DNA of 64,000 nucleotides, from assembly GCA_963697805.1 (NCBI GenBank), contig CAVOPB010000003.1, positions 295,166-359,165 on the forward strand, written 5' to 3'. Each line of letters begins with the position of its first letter. The stretch's first letter is position 1. Both the position numbers and the translations under genes were made by a program. Origin of the DNA: an uncultured Solirubrobacterales bacterium. Lineage in GTDB: Bacteria; Actinomycetota; Thermoleophilia; Solirubrobacterales; 70-9. The notes beneath the pieces are model-generated. The model saw only the letters and a list, made by a program, of their open reading frames with translations. It did not search any database and had not been told where the DNA came from. Shown here in pieces: positions 1 to 9,145 of this stretch.

Positions 1-891
1 CAGCCGGGCCAGCCGGTTGCGCTCGGAGTGGAGCTCGGATTCGATCGCTTCTCGTTCGGAAACGGTCGCCGCCCCTTCGAGCTCGGCGAGCAGGCCGTCG
101 ACCTTCGCCCGCGTGTCCCGAGCCCGTTCCTGGAGCCCGATCGTCGGCGCCGTGACATCGACCGATGCGTCCGAGCGCGAACGCACCGGACCGATCTCCG
201 AGAGTGCGGCGAGCGTGTCGGCGAGCCTCCGGCTCGGGACCAGGAGGTCGAACGAGGCGACGGCGTGCCCCTCGTCGCGTGTCCGCGTCGACGAGCGCAG
301 CACAATTCCGTCGTATTCGTGGATCACACCGAGAACGTCGCCGGCGGCGCTCCTCACGTCTGCAGGGTCGACGGCGAGCACTACCCGAGCCGAGCGTTCG
401 ACGTCACGGGTGCGGACACCGGCGGCGTAGGGACCGACGCTCGCGGAGCCGCTGCCGGGGGCGCTCTTTGTCGTCAGTTCGCCCGTTGCGGCCGCGGCCG
501 ACGGCGCGACCTGAACGGGGCCGCCATCGGTGTAGCTGGGCACCTGGTGTGCTCTCGCGGTCTCGGGAATCGGCTTCGAGCGGTCAACGTCGGCCGGGGT
601 GCGGGCGAGGCGCCCATCGCCGCCGCCCGAGCCCGAATCGGAGATCGAGATCACCGCCGTGGCTACGACGATCGCCGCCAGGGCGGTCGCACCCAGCGGG
701 GCACCGAGCCGCCGCCAGGAGAGATCGCCCAGCGTGCGGCGGATTCGCTCCTGCCACGGACCTGGGCCGGCGTCATCCGCAAACCCCGCGGCAACCCTGG
801 CGTCGAGCTCGGCGGCGAAGGCTACCCTCAGTCTCGGCCTCATCGACTCGAGCTCGGCGACGATCTCGATCTCGCTTCTATCGGGCTCCAT
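1..891 (-). CDS. Membrane-anchored anti-sigma-like protein with DUF4349-like C-terminal domain (3' end runs off the window)
   Basis: My own minus-strand translation; the ORF track omits it because there is no stop in the window. Sequence: MEPDRSEIEIVAELESMRPRL..., one TM segment LGATALAAIVVATAVISI, then VVLAVDPADVRSAAGDVLGVIHEYDGIVLRSS..FDLLVPSRRLADTLAALSEIG. The ATG at 891 overlaps the 3' end of the ECF sigma gene directly upstream. Confidence 0.6.
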   Translation of the reverse strand, partial: MEPDRSEIEIVAELESMRPRLRVAFAAELDARVAAGFADDAGPGPWQERIRRTLGDLSWRRLGAPLGATALAAIVVATAVISISDSGSGGGDGRLARTPADVDRSKPIPETARAHQVPSYTDGGPVQVAPSAAAATGELTTKSAPGSGSASVGPYAAGVRTRDVERSARVVLAVDPADVRSAAGDVLGVIHEYDGIVLRSSTRTRDEGHAVASFDLLVPSRRLADTLAALSEIGPVRSRSDASVDVTAPTIGLQERARDTRAKVDGLLAELEGAATVSEREAIESELHSERNRLARL

Positions 892-1447
892 CGCACGCCT
901 CCCTCAGCTTGGTTACGACTCGGTGCAGACGGGTGCCGGCATTGGACTCGGTGAGGCCGAGCACCGATGCGATCTCGGCGTTGCCGAGGCCGGCGAAGAA
1001 CTTGAGTGCGACCAGCTCGCGCTCGCGGGCGTCGAGAGCCTCGAGCGCCGCCGCGACCGCCAGTCGCCGCTCGCTTCGCTCGACCGGGTGCTCAGCGTCG
1101 ATCCCGGCAAGGTCGACGGGCTCGTCGACAAGCGCACTCTGGCGCTTTCGGCGCCGCAGCTCGTCGAGAGCCGCGTTGCGGGCGATCCCGAACAGCCAGG
1201 CCCGGGCGCTGCCGCGGCGGGGGTCAAAACGCGAGCGGTTGCGGTAGGCGCGCTCGAAGGCGGTCGCGGTCACCTCCTCGGCGGCGCTGCCGTCGCGAAG
1301 CAGCCCGGCGGCGTAGGCATAGACGTCGTCGCGACTGCTCCTGTAGAGCCGCTCGAATGAGAGGCGCTCATCGGCGGCGACGCCCTCTGTGGGTGTGGCC
1401 AGGGCCTGACTCACACCCCTACTACTACGCGATCCCGGATCCGTCAC
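878..1447 (-). CDS. ECF-family RNA polymerase sigma-70 factor
   Basis: 189 aa. Region 2 and region 4 signatures are present: FERLYRSSRDDVYAYAAGLL, ARAWLFGIARNAALDELRRR, ELVALKFFAGLGNAEIASVLGLTESNAGTRLHR. Confidence 0.9.
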   Translation of the reverse strand: MTDPGSRSSRGVSQALATPTEGVAADERLSFERLYRSSRDDVYAYAAGLLRDGSAAEEVTATAFERAYRNRSRFDPRRGSARAWLFGIARNAALDELRRRKRQSALVDEPVDLAGIDAEHPVERSERRLAVAAALEALDARERELVALKFFAGLGNAEIASVLGLTESNAGTRLHRVVTKLREACDGAR

Positions 1448-1462
1448 AGACGGGCGTTGGGC

Positions 1463-2785
1463 TCAGGCGGCGCGGGGGAGCTCCTGCGCGGCCGCCGCCC
1501 GCGGCAACTCGAGGGCAGCGGCAACCGAGTCGGAGGTGATCTCGACCAGGCGGCGGAGATCGCCCTTGGAGATGGCCAGCGGCGGCATCAGGACGACGAC
1601 GTCGCCGAGCGGGCGGATGATCGCCCCTCGCCTCCGCGCCTCGAGGGTGACTCTGTGGCCGATCCTCAGGGCAGGGTCGTGGTGACCGAGGTCGATGGCG
1701 GCCATCATGCCGCGGCCACGGACCTCTGCGACGCCGGGCTGTACGGCGACCTCGGCCAGGAGATCCCCGAAGAGGCGGATCTTCGGCTGCAGGCGGGCCA
1801 GGGTCTGCTCGCGCTCGAAGGCGTCGAGGCTCGCGAGCGCGGCTGCGCAGGCGAGGGGGTTGCCGGTGTAGGTGTGGCCGTGAAAGAAGGTGCGCCCCTC
1901 CTCGGGAGAGCCGAGGAACCCCTCGTAGATGCGCTCCGTCGCCAGCGTCGCCGCGAGCGGCAGATAGCCACCGGTCAGGCCCTTGGCGACGCAGAGGAGG
2001 TCGGGCGAGACATCCTCCTGCTCGCAGGCGAACATCGTCCCCGTGCGGCCGAATCCGGTCGCCACCTCGTCGCAGATCAGCAGTACGCCGAAGCGGTCGC
2101 ATAGCTCCCGAACGGCGCGCAGGTAGCCGCGGGGGTGGACGATCATCCCCGCCGCGCCCTGGACGAGCGGCTCGACGATCACCGCCGCGATCTCTTCCTC
2201 GTGGGCGGCGAGGGTCCGCTCGAGGTCGGCGGGGTCGCCGGGCTCGACCGCGTGGGCCTCGAACAGCAACGGCCTGTAGGTGGCGTGGAAGAGGTCGATG
2301 CCGCCGACCGAGACCGACCCGATGGTGTCCCCGTGGTAGGCGTCGCGGAGGTGGACGAAGGAGTTCCGTCGGGTGTGCTGGCCCCCTCGCTGCTGCTGGA
2401 ATTGGAACGCCATCTTCAGTGCGATCTCGGTTGCGGTCGAGCCCGAGTCGGAATAGAAGACCCGGCTCAGCCCGGGCGGGGCGATCTCGACCAGCCGCGC
2501 CGCCAGCTCGGCCGCCCCGGGGTGGGTGAGGCCGAGCATCGTCGAGTGCGCCACCCGGTCGAGCTGGTCACGGACAGCCTGGTCGATCTCCGGATGGCGA
2601 TGGCCGTGGACGTTGCACCAGAGCGAGGAGACGCCGTCGATGTAGTGGCGGCCCTCGGCGTCGATCAGCTGCCAGCCCTTGGCCCGCTCGATCGTGAGCG
2701 GCTCTTCCTCACACCAGCCCTGCTGCTGGGTAAACGGGTGCCAGAGGTGGTCGCGATCGAGCTGCGAGTGATCCACCGACGTCAC
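1463..2785 (-). CDS. bioA: Adenosylmethionine-8-amino-7-oxononanoate aminotransferase
   Basis: 440 aa, class-III PLP aminotransferase. Motifs: HLWHPFTQ, YSDSGSTATEIALKMA, ICDEVATGFGRTG, CVAKGLTGGYLPLAAT. Other bio genes lie nearby. Confidence 0.9.
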   Translation of the reverse strand: MTSVDHSQLDRDHLWHPFTQQQGWCEEEPLTIERAKGWQLIDAEGRHYIDGVSSLWCNVHGHRHPEIDQAVRDQLDRVAHSTMLGLTHPGAAELAARLVEIAPPGLSRVFYSDSGSTATEIALKMAFQFQQQRGGQHTRRNSFVHLRDAYHGDTIGSVSVGGIDLFHATYRPLLFEAHAVEPGDPADLERTLAAHEEEIAAVIVEPLVQGAAGMIVHPRGYLRAVRELCDRFGVLLICDEVATGFGRTGTMFACEQEDVSPDLLCVAKGLTGGYLPLAATLATERIYEGFLGSPEEGRTFFHGHTYTGNPLACAAALASLDAFEREQTLARLQPKIRLFGDLLAEVAVQPGVAEVRGRGMMAAIDLGHHDPALRIGHRVTLEARRRGAIIRPLGDVVVLMPPLAISKGDLRRLVEITSDSVAAALELPRAAAAQELPRAA

Positions 2786-2844
2786 TGGAGCGGAGGTTAG
2801 AACCGCCTCCGGCGGGAACGCCGCGGGTGATATCGGTCACACAA

Positions 2845-2872
2845 GCAACTATTGCGATGGAGAAATAGTTGC
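2845..2872. promoter_or_regulatory. Perfect 9-bp inverted repeat GCAACTATT-N10-AATAGTTGC, a candidate operator in the bioA/marR divergent region
   Basis: Read directly from the sequence. It is an AT-rich palindrome in a GC-rich genome, 21 nt upstream of the marR ATG (2893) and 60 nt upstream of the bioA start (2785). Confidence 0.5.
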
Positions 2873-2892
2873 GGCTGTGCAAGTATTTCCCA

Positions 2893-3438
2893 ATGGCGAC
2901 GGACCTCAAATCGATAGTCGACGAAGTCGAGGCACCGCGGGCGATCGCCGGGGAGGCCCAGGAGACGGCCGCGCGGCTCGGCGCTCTGCTTCGCCACCTC
3001 TTCCTCTACGACCGCGGCAACATGCTCAGCGTCCTCGAGGAGAGCGGCCTCTCGATGACGCAGACCAAGGCCCTGCTCGAGCTCGGCGGCCTCGGCGAGG
3101 GGGCGGAGCCCCGTCAGGTCTCCGACCTGGCCGAGACGTTCGGGGTTTCGGTTCCCTCGATGAGCCGTGCGGTCGACGCCCTGGTCAAGAAACGGCTCGC
3201 CACCCGGGTCGAGGACAGCGAGGACCGCCGCGTCCGCCGGGTGGCGATCACCAGCAGGGGCAAGGATCTGGTCAACACCCTGCTCGTCATCCGCCAGGCC
3301 GGGATGGAGAACTTCGCCGCCAGCCTCAGCGCGACCCAGCGACGCAAGCTGGACGCCGCCATCGACTCCCTGATGGACCGCGAGGACATTGCCGCGGCCT
3401 ACGAGATCTTGAAAGGAAAGGAAAGCCCCACCCGATGA
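2893..3438 (+). CDS. MarR-family transcriptional regulator
   Basis: Winged-HTH pattern: LSMTQTKALLELG...VSDLAETFGVSVPSMSRAVDALVKKRLATRVEDSEDRRVRRVAITSRGKDL. I took the ATG at 2893 rather than the TTG at 2869, which lies inside the palindrome. The stop overlaps the MFS start (ATGA). Confidence 0.85.
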   Translation: MATDLKSIVDEVEAPRAIAGEAQETAARLGALLRHLFLYDRGNMLSVLEESGLSMTQTKALLELGGLGEGAEPRQVSDLAETFGVSVPSMSRAVDALVKKRLATRVEDSEDRRVRRVAITSRGKDLVNTLLVIRQAGMENFAASLSATQRRKLDAAIDSLMDREDIAAAYEILKGKESPTR

Positions 3439-4916
3439 CCCGCTACCGCCACCTCATCACCGACGACAACCGCAAGTGGTGGACGCTCGGAGCGATGTGC
3501 TTCGCGCTGTTCATGATCATGCTCGACAACACCGTCGTCAACGTCGCGCTGCCGTCGATCCAGAAGGAGCTGGGGGCTTCGATCTCAGGCCTCGAGTGGA
3601 CGACCAGCGGCTACACCCTCTCCTTCGCCGTCATCCTCGCGACGGGCGGCCGCCTCGGCGACATCTTCGGCCGCCGGCTCGTATTCCTGATCGGTGTGGT
3701 CATTTTCGCCATCTCCTCGGCGACTGCCGGCCTCGCCCCCGACCAGACCGCGCTCGTCGCCAGCCGCGTCGTCCAGGGCATCGGAGCGGGGCTGATGATG
3801 CCGGGCACCCTCTCCATCATCACCAACGCCTTCCCGCCGCACGAGCGTGGCAAAGCGATGGGCACCTGGGCTGGGGTCTCCGCTCTGGCGCTCGCGATCG
3901 GCCCGGTGCTCGGCGGCCTGCTCACCGAGCACGTCTCTTGGCGGGCGATCTTCTACCTCAACATCCCCGTCGCGATCGGCGCCGTCGCGGCCACCCTCTT
4001 CGCGGTCCGCGAGTCGCGTGACACGAGTGTCGGCAAGGAGGTCGACTACCTTGGTGTCGCGACCCTGACGACGGGCCTCACTGCGCTGGTCCTTGCTCTC
4101 GTCGAGGGCAACAGCTGGGGCTGGGGCTCGATCCCGATCGTCGCCCTGCTGGCCGGCTCGATCATCGGCCTTGCGTCCTTCGTCTTCGTCGAGCAACGCG
4201 TCAAGGCCCCGATGGTCCAGTTCGAGTTGCTCTCGCACCGCAATTACCTGGGCGCCTCGATCGTCGCCCTGATCATCACCTTCGCGATGATGGGCGTCTT
4301 CTTCTTCCTCGCCCTCTACATGCAGAACATCCTCCACTACTCGCCGCTCGAGGCGGGTGTGAGGTTCCTGCCCTCGACGCTGATGATCGTCGCCGTGGCG
4401 CCGATCTCGGGCCGTCTGGCCGACCGCTTCGGCCCACGCTGGCTGATCGCCGGCGGGCTGACCCTGCTGACCGCTTCGCTGCTGAGCTTCACTCAGATCG
4501 CGGTTGACTCGACTTACCCCGACCTGCTGCCCGGGTTCGTGCTGCTCGGCATCGGGATCGCGATGACGATGTCGCCGATGACGAGCGCAGCGATGAACGC
4601 GGTCCCGGTCCAAAAAGCCGGCGTCGCCTCGGGCGTGCTCTCGATGTTCCGGATGGTCGGCGGGAGCCTCGGCGTCGCCGTCACCGGGGCCATCTTCCAG
4701 GGCGCCATCGGCGCCGACTTCGCCTCTGCGACGCCCCAGGAATTCGTCGACGCGCTGTCGACGGCGATGGCCGTCTCGGCGGGGGTCACCGCGCTCGGCG
4801 TCTTGGTCGGCGCGCTCGTGATTCGAACCGTCCGCAAATCCGCCGCGGTCCCGACTGCGGTCTCCGAGGCGGAGGCGAGTCCGGGCGGAGAGCTGCTGGC
4901 CGGTCGCACCGCCTGA
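3435..4916 (+). CDS. DHA2 (EmrB/QacA-type) MFS efflux transporter
   Basis: MTRYRHLITDDNRKWWTLGAMCFALFMIMLDNTVVNVALPSIQKELG..GGRLGDIFGRR. Multiple hydrophobic spans run through the protein. The 679-aa track ORF (2877..4916) is this frame extended upstream over marR. Confidence 0.85.
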   Translation: MTRYRHLITDDNRKWWTLGAMCFALFMIMLDNTVVNVALPSIQKELGASISGLEWTTSGYTLSFAVILATGGRLGDIFGRRLVFLIGVVIFAISSATAGLAPDQTALVASRVVQGIGAGLMMPGTLSIITNAFPPHERGKAMGTWAGVSALALAIGPVLGGLLTEHVSWRAIFYLNIPVAIGAVAATLFAVRESRDTSVGKEVDYLGVATLTTGLTALVLALVEGNSWGWGSIPIVALLAGSIIGLASFVFVEQRVKAPMVQFELLSHRNYLGASIVALIITFAMMGVFFFLALYMQNILHYSPLEAGVRFLPSTLMIVAVAPISGRLADRFGPRWLIAGGLTLLTASLLSFTQIAVDSTYPDLLPGFVLLGIGIAMTMSPMTSAAMNAVPVQKAGVASGVLSMFRMVGGSLGVAVTGAIFQGAIGADFASATPQEFVDALSTAMAVSAGVTALGVLVGALVIRTVRKSAAVPTAVSEAEASPGGELLAGRTA

Positions 4917-4922
4917 GCGCGC

Positions 4923-5570
4923 TCAGCAGGGGCTGAGCGCCGGCCAGCCTCTCGTGTCGCTCAGGTCGAGCATCGGCACCGTCTCGACCCTGACCTCGCC
5001 GAGGTCGGCGATCGTCTCCCTATTCGACGCCTCGACCTCGGTCGGGGTGTCGGGCCAGGGAGTGAGGGCGACCATCGCTACCGCGAGGCCCGCGCTACGC
5101 GCGGCCTCCAGGGTCAGCAGCGTGTGGTTGATCGTGCCCAGGCCCGGCGGGGCGGCGATGACCAGCGGCAGACCGAGGTCGACCGCGAGGTCGCGGACCG
5201 CGTAGCCCGCGGCGAGCGGCACCAGCAGGCCACCGACCCCCTCGCAGACGAGCTCATCGGCCTCGGCCCCGGCCGCCGCCGCGGCAGAGCGGAGTCGATT
5301 GGGGTCGATCTCCTCGCCGGCCAGCGCCGCCGCCAGATGGGGCGACGCCGGCGGCCCGTAGCGGTAGGGGGCGATCTCCGCGTCGCTCTGCGCCGAGCCC
5401 GCCGCCCGGCGCAGGAGCTCGTGGTCCGGCTCGCCGGGGTCCTCGAGGCCGGTCACCGCCGGCTTGAACACCGCGACGCTCGCTCCCGACGCCGACAGGG
5501 TGCGCGCGAGCGCCGCGGCGACGACGGTCTTGCCGACCTCCGTCCCCGTCCCGGTGACGAAGACCCCCAC
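4923..5570 (-). CDS. bioD: Dethiobiotin synthase
   Basis: 215 aa. P-loop at MGVFVTGTGTEVGKTVV. Sits directly downstream of bioF. Confidence 0.85.
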   Translation of the reverse strand: MGVFVTGTGTEVGKTVVAAALARTLSASGASVAVFKPAVTGLEDPGEPDHELLRRAAGSAQSDAEIAPYRYGPPASPHLAAALAGEEIDPNRLRSAAAAAGAEADELVCEGVGGLLVPLAAGYAVRDLAVDLGLPLVIAAPPGLGTINHTLLTLEAARSAGLAVAMVALTPWPDTPTEVEASNRETIADLGEVRVETVPMLDLSDTRGWPALSPC

Positions 5571-5576
5571 GACCGG

Positions 5577-6764
5577 CTAGGCGGCGAGCGCGGCCGGCTC
5601 GCTTCGCAGGCCGAGGCTGCGTGTGGCCGCGCCGAGGACCCGCGCCGCCCGCTGAAGCTGGCCGGGATCGTGGCTCGCCATCGCCGTGAAGCGCAGGCGC
5701 GAGGTGCCGTCGGGCACAGTCGGCGGCCGGATCCCCTGGGCGAATACCCCGTGTTCGAGCAGCGCCTCTGACAGCCTCATCGTCTGCGCCGAGCCGCCGA
5801 CCTCGACCGGGATGATCTGGCTCTCCGAGCGCCCGACGGACAGTCCCTCGGCGGCCAGTGCCTGACGCAGCACCGCTGCGTTGACGCCGAGCCTCTGGAC
5901 CATCTCGGGGCCGGCTTCGAGCAGCGCCAGCGCCTCGTCGGCGGCGGCGACGGTGGGTGGCGGCAGCGCCGTCGAGAAGATCAGCGAGCGGGCCGTGTTG
6001 ACCAGGTACTCGACCGTCTCCGCCGTCGCGCAGACGTAGGCGCCGTACGAGCCGAGCGCCTTGCCGAGTGTCCCGATCACGAGATCGACCTCGCCGCTGA
6101 GGCCGGCGGCGGCGACGGTTCCCCGCCCCCCGGGCCCGACGGTCCCGGTCGCGTGGGCCTCGTCGACCATCAGCCGGCAGCGGTGCCGGCGGGACAGCCG
6201 CAGAAGGCCCTCGAGGGGCGCCCGGTCGCCGTCCATCGAGAAGAGGCCGTCGGTGACGATCAACGACGCCCTGTCTCCCGCGCTCCGCAAGCCCCACTCC
6301 AGGTGCTCGAGGTCGCCGTGCCGGTAGACGAAGGTCTCGGCCCGGGCCAGCCTGCAGCCGTCGATGATGCTCGCGTGGTTGAGCCGGTCGCTGAAGACGA
6401 CCTCCCCCTGGCGTGCGAGCGCCGCGATCACGCCGCTGTTGGCGAGATAGCCGGAGCCGAACAGCAGCGCCGCCTCGTAGCCCTTGAACGCCGTCAGCCG
6501 CTCCTCGAGGGCCCGGTGCGGCCCCATGCCGCCCGAGATCAGTCGCGAGGCCCCCGCGCCTGCGCCCCACCGGATCGCCGCCTCGGCCGCGGCTTCTCGC
6601 ACCCGCGGGTGGCCGGCGAGGCCGAGGTAGTTGTTCGAGCAGAGCAGGAGGACCGGGCGGCCGTCGAGCAACACCTCGGGGCCCTGCGGGCCTTCGACCA
6701 TCCGCAGCCGACGGTGGAGCCCCGACTCACGGAGCTCGTCCAAGCGCTCGCCGATCTCGGTCAT
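5577..6764 (-). CDS. bioF: 8-amino-7-oxononanoate synthase
   Basis: Starts MTEIGERLDELRESGLHRRLR at the ATG at 6764, an ATGA overlap with the bioB stop. Motifs: NNYLGLAGHP, FSDRLNHASIIDG, VDEAHATG, GTLGKALGSYGAY. The 728-aa track ORF is this frame extended into bioB. Confidence 0.9.
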   Translation of the reverse strand: MTEIGERLDELRESGLHRRLRMVEGPQGPEVLLDGRPVLLLCSNNYLGLAGHPRVREAAAEAAIRWGAGAGASRLISGGMGPHRALEERLTAFKGYEAALLFGSGYLANSGVIAALARQGEVVFSDRLNHASIIDGCRLARAETFVYRHGDLEHLEWGLRSAGDRASLIVTDGLFSMDGDRAPLEGLLRLSRRHRCRLMVDEAHATGTVGPGGRGTVAAAGLSGEVDLVIGTLGKALGSYGAYVCATAETVEYLVNTARSLIFSTALPPPTVAAADEALALLEAGPEMVQRLGVNAAVLRQALAAEGLSVGRSESQIIPVEVGGSAQTMRLSEALLEHGVFAQGIRPPTVPDGTSRLRFTAMASHDPGQLQRAARVLGAATRSLGLRSEPAALAA

Positions 6765-7891
6765 GCCGCCGATTGCTTCGGGTAAGGAGGAGGCCTCTTC
6801 GCCTTCTTGATCACCCGTAGCTGGGTCGAGGGGTCCCAGAAGTCGGCTTCGTCCTGGTGGTCGATCAGCTCGTCGATCGGCGTCGCCGGCGTCTCGCCGT
6901 CGAGCCAACCCGAGCGGTTGTCGGGCCGTGGGTTGGAGCCGTTGTCGGGCTGGCGCGCGACGTTCAGCCCGAGGTCCTCGAACATCGCCCGGTCCTCCTC
7001 GGGCTCGGCGCCGAGGGTGGTCAGGAAGTTGCCCATCATCACCCCGTTGAGCCCGGCCCTGACGGCGAGCGGCTGCAGATCGCCGAGGTTCTCGACCCGG
7101 CCGCCGCAGAGCCGGAACAGCGCGCCGGGGATGATCAGGCGGAAGATCGCCACCCACTTGACCACCTCCCAGGCGTCCATCAGGGGCCGGTCGCCGAACT
7201 TGGTTCCCTCGCGCGGGTTGAGCAGATTGATCGGGACCGAGGTCGGGTTCAGCTCGGAGAGCTCGAAGGCCATCTCGACCCGCTGGCGGGGCGTCTCGCC
7301 GAGGTTGAGGATGCCGCCGACGCAGGTCTCCAGGCCGGCCTCCTTGACCGCCTGGATCGTCCGCAGCCTGCCCTCGTAGCGGACCGTCGTCGACACCTCG
7401 GGGTAGTGGGAGCGCGAGGACTCGACATTGTGGTGGACGCGCTGGATCCCGGCCTCGCGCAGCCGCGTCGCCCGTTCCGCCGACATGTGGCCGATCGATG
7501 CGCAGCGCTTGAGGTTTGTCTGCTCGGAGACGAGCTTCGCGCCCTCGAGGATGTTCTCGAAGTCGCGTTTGGAGAGGCCCTGGCCCTGGGTCACCATGCA
7601 GAAGCGGTGCGCGCCCGCCGCCTCGGCCGCCTTCGCGTGCTCGAGGATCTGCTCGGGCTCCATCATCGCGTGCATCGGCGTGTCCGCCTCGGCGTGGCGG
7701 GACTGGGCGCAGAAGCCACAATCCTCCGCGCAGCCGCCGGACTTGGCGTTGACGAGCGAGCACATGTCGGTCGAGTCGCCGAAGTTCTCCTGCCGGACCT
7801 CCCAGGCGCGCTCGACGATCGCTCCGATCTCGTCGTGGTCGGTCCGCTGCCCGAGGTCGAGGGCCTCATCGAACGAGATCAGGGGTCCCAT
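6761..7891 (-). CDS. bioB: Biotin synthase (radical SAM)
   Basis: 376 aa. Radical-SAM motif CAEDCGFCAQS. Also NLKRCASIGH, HHNVESS and GGILNLGET. Confidence 0.9.
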   Translation of the reverse strand: MGPLISFDEALDLGQRTDHDEIGAIVERAWEVRQENFGDSTDMCSLVNAKSGGCAEDCGFCAQSRHAEADTPMHAMMEPEQILEHAKAAEAAGAHRFCMVTQGQGLSKRDFENILEGAKLVSEQTNLKRCASIGHMSAERATRLREAGIQRVHHNVESSRSHYPEVSTTVRYEGRLRTIQAVKEAGLETCVGGILNLGETPRQRVEMAFELSELNPTSVPINLLNPREGTKFGDRPLMDAWEVVKWVAIFRLIIPGALFRLCGGRVENLGDLQPLAVRAGLNGVMMGNFLTTLGAEPEEDRAMFEDLGLNVARQPDNGSNPRPDNRSGWLDGETPATPIDELIDHQDEADFWDPSTQLRVIKKAKRPPPYPKQSAA

Positions 7892-7920
7892 TCGGCCGCA
7901 GGCTAGGCTCCGGGCCGGAC

Positions 7921-9051
7921 GTGGACTTTGTGAAGATCAGACGGCGGCGGGCCGCTATAGCGATCGCCTGCGGGCTCGCGATCGCGGCCTTCGCCTTCGG
8001 CGTCGCGCTTGGCGACGGAAGCGAAACCGCTCCCAACGTTTCCTCGACCGTTCCCCCGCGGCTGACCGACTCCCAGCTGGCGGGGCAGCGGGTGATCATC
8101 GGCTTCACCGGAACCAGCCCACCGGTCCTGGTCCGGCGGATGATCCGCGAGGGCGAGGTCGCGGGGGTGATCCTCTACGCGTATACCGGCAATCTCCCCA
8201 GCCGCGACGCCGGCCGGGACCTGATCCGAAAGATCGAGGCCATTCCCCGCCCACCAGGGTCGCGCGATCCGCTGCTGGTGATGATCGACCAGGAGGGCGG
8301 GTTGGTGAAGAGGATCGATGGTGCCCCGAGCGTCTCGGCGCGGGTGATGGGTGAGCGGGGTGCCGCCTACAGCCGCCGGCAGGGTCGGCGCACCGCGCTC
8401 AACCTGCGGAACATCGGGGTCAATGTCGATCTCGCACCGGTGCTGGACGTTGCCCGTCCCGGCGGGGATATCGCCGACACCTTCCGCGGCTTCGGCTCGA
8501 CCGCCGCCGGCGTGGCCGGCACCGCGGTGCCTTTCGCCGAAGGGCTGCAGGGTGGGGGAGTCGCCGCAACGGCGAAGAACTTTCCGGGCGTCGGCGCGGC
8601 TCCCGTCAACACCGATTCAGCCGTCCAGAGGATCGGGCTCTCGAAGGCGACCCTGCGCAGCGTCGATGAGGCTCCATACCGTCGCTTCGTCGCGGCCGGC
8701 GGCGAGATGGTGATGCTGAGCACGGCGATCTACCCCGCCTACTCTGACCGTCCGGCCGCCTTTACCCGCGCGGTCGCGACCGACGAGTTGCGTGGCCGCC
8801 TCGGCTTCGACGGCGTCACGATCACCGACGCCCTCGGGACCGTCGCCGCGCAGGCCTTCGGCGACCCCGCCAAGGCCGGCCTCGCCGCCGCCCGGGCGGG
8901 CGCGGATCTCCTTCTCTATCCCGACCCCGAAGCCGCCCGCCTCGGCCACCGTGCCCTGGCCCGCAGCCTCTTCTCCGGCGCGCTCTCCCGCGCCGCGTTC
9001 GTTGAGTCCGCCGGCCGCGTGCTGCGCCTCCGTCACCGTCTCGCCAGCTAG
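7921..9051 (+). CDS. Glycoside hydrolase family 3 N-terminal-domain protein (beta-N-acetylhexosaminidase-like), secreted
   Basis: N-terminal hydrophobic signal AAIAIACGLAIAAFAFG. Motifs: MIDQEGGLVKR, GVNVDLAPVLDV, ATAKNFPGVG, GVTITDAL. Confidence 0.8.
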   Translation: MDFVKIRRRRAAIAIACGLAIAAFAFGVALGDGSETAPNVSSTVPPRLTDSQLAGQRVIIGFTGTSPPVLVRRMIREGEVAGVILYAYTGNLPSRDAGRDLIRKIEAIPRPPGSRDPLLVMIDQEGGLVKRIDGAPSVSARVMGERGAAYSRRQGRRTALNLRNIGVNVDLAPVLDVARPGGDIADTFRGFGSTAAGVAGTAVPFAEGLQGGGVAATAKNFPGVGAAPVNTDSAVQRIGLSKATLRSVDEAPYRRFVAAGGEMVMLSTAIYPAYSDRPAAFTRAVATDELRGRLGFDGVTITDALGTVAAQAFGDPAKAGLAAARAGADLLLYPDPEAARLGHRALARSLFSGALSRAAFVESAGRVLRLRHRLAS

Positions 9052-9145
9052 ATTCAACCGCGAGATTGCGTTCACCCTCACTATTCGGGCGCAGATGCAA
9101 GCTCGGGCTGAGAACTGACGAACGAACTTACGAACAAACGATCAT

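Noticed and set aside
2877-4916. Track ORFs suggesting very long proteins: 679 aa (2877..4916), 728 aa (5577..7763), 615 aa (11541..13388), 743 aa (53450..55681), 591 aa (25771..27546), 455 aa (21063..22430), 506 aa (37167..38687).
   Set aside because: In each case the family-matching region starts at an internal ATG or GTG with an RBS or a stop-start overlap. The upstream extension is low-complexity and overlaps a neighbouring real gene.
5254-6570. Long Arg/Gly/Pro-rich ORFs in alternative frames or antisense to recognisable genes. Examples: 5254..6570, 13425..14960, 20586..22154, 31662..33086, 35646..36920, 41863..44088, 59747..61960.
   Set aside because: These are typical shadow ORFs of a genome with over 70% G+C. 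They have low-complexity R/G/P/A composition and no recognisable motifs. Each fully overlaps a gene with clear family signatures in another frame.
6761-6930. A C-terminal tail on BioB of about 55 aa (..ARQPDNGSNPRPDNRSGWLDGETPATPIDELIDHQDEADFWDPSTQLRVIKKAKRPPPYPKQSAA), considered as a possible fused auxiliary module.
   Set aside because: Other BioB proteins also carry non-conserved tails after the GLN-type motif. I cannot recall any auxiliary-protein sequence well enough to claim homology, so this is left as an unremarkable extension.
9100-9145. A low-GC spacer with reiterated ACGAAC units (GACGAACGAACTTACGAACAAACGA) between convergent genes. It resembles a half-site of the 13005 palindrome.
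   Set aside because: It contains only same-orientation half-sites with no dyad symmetry, and it lies downstream of both genes rather than in a promoter. It is more likely simple low-complexity spacer.
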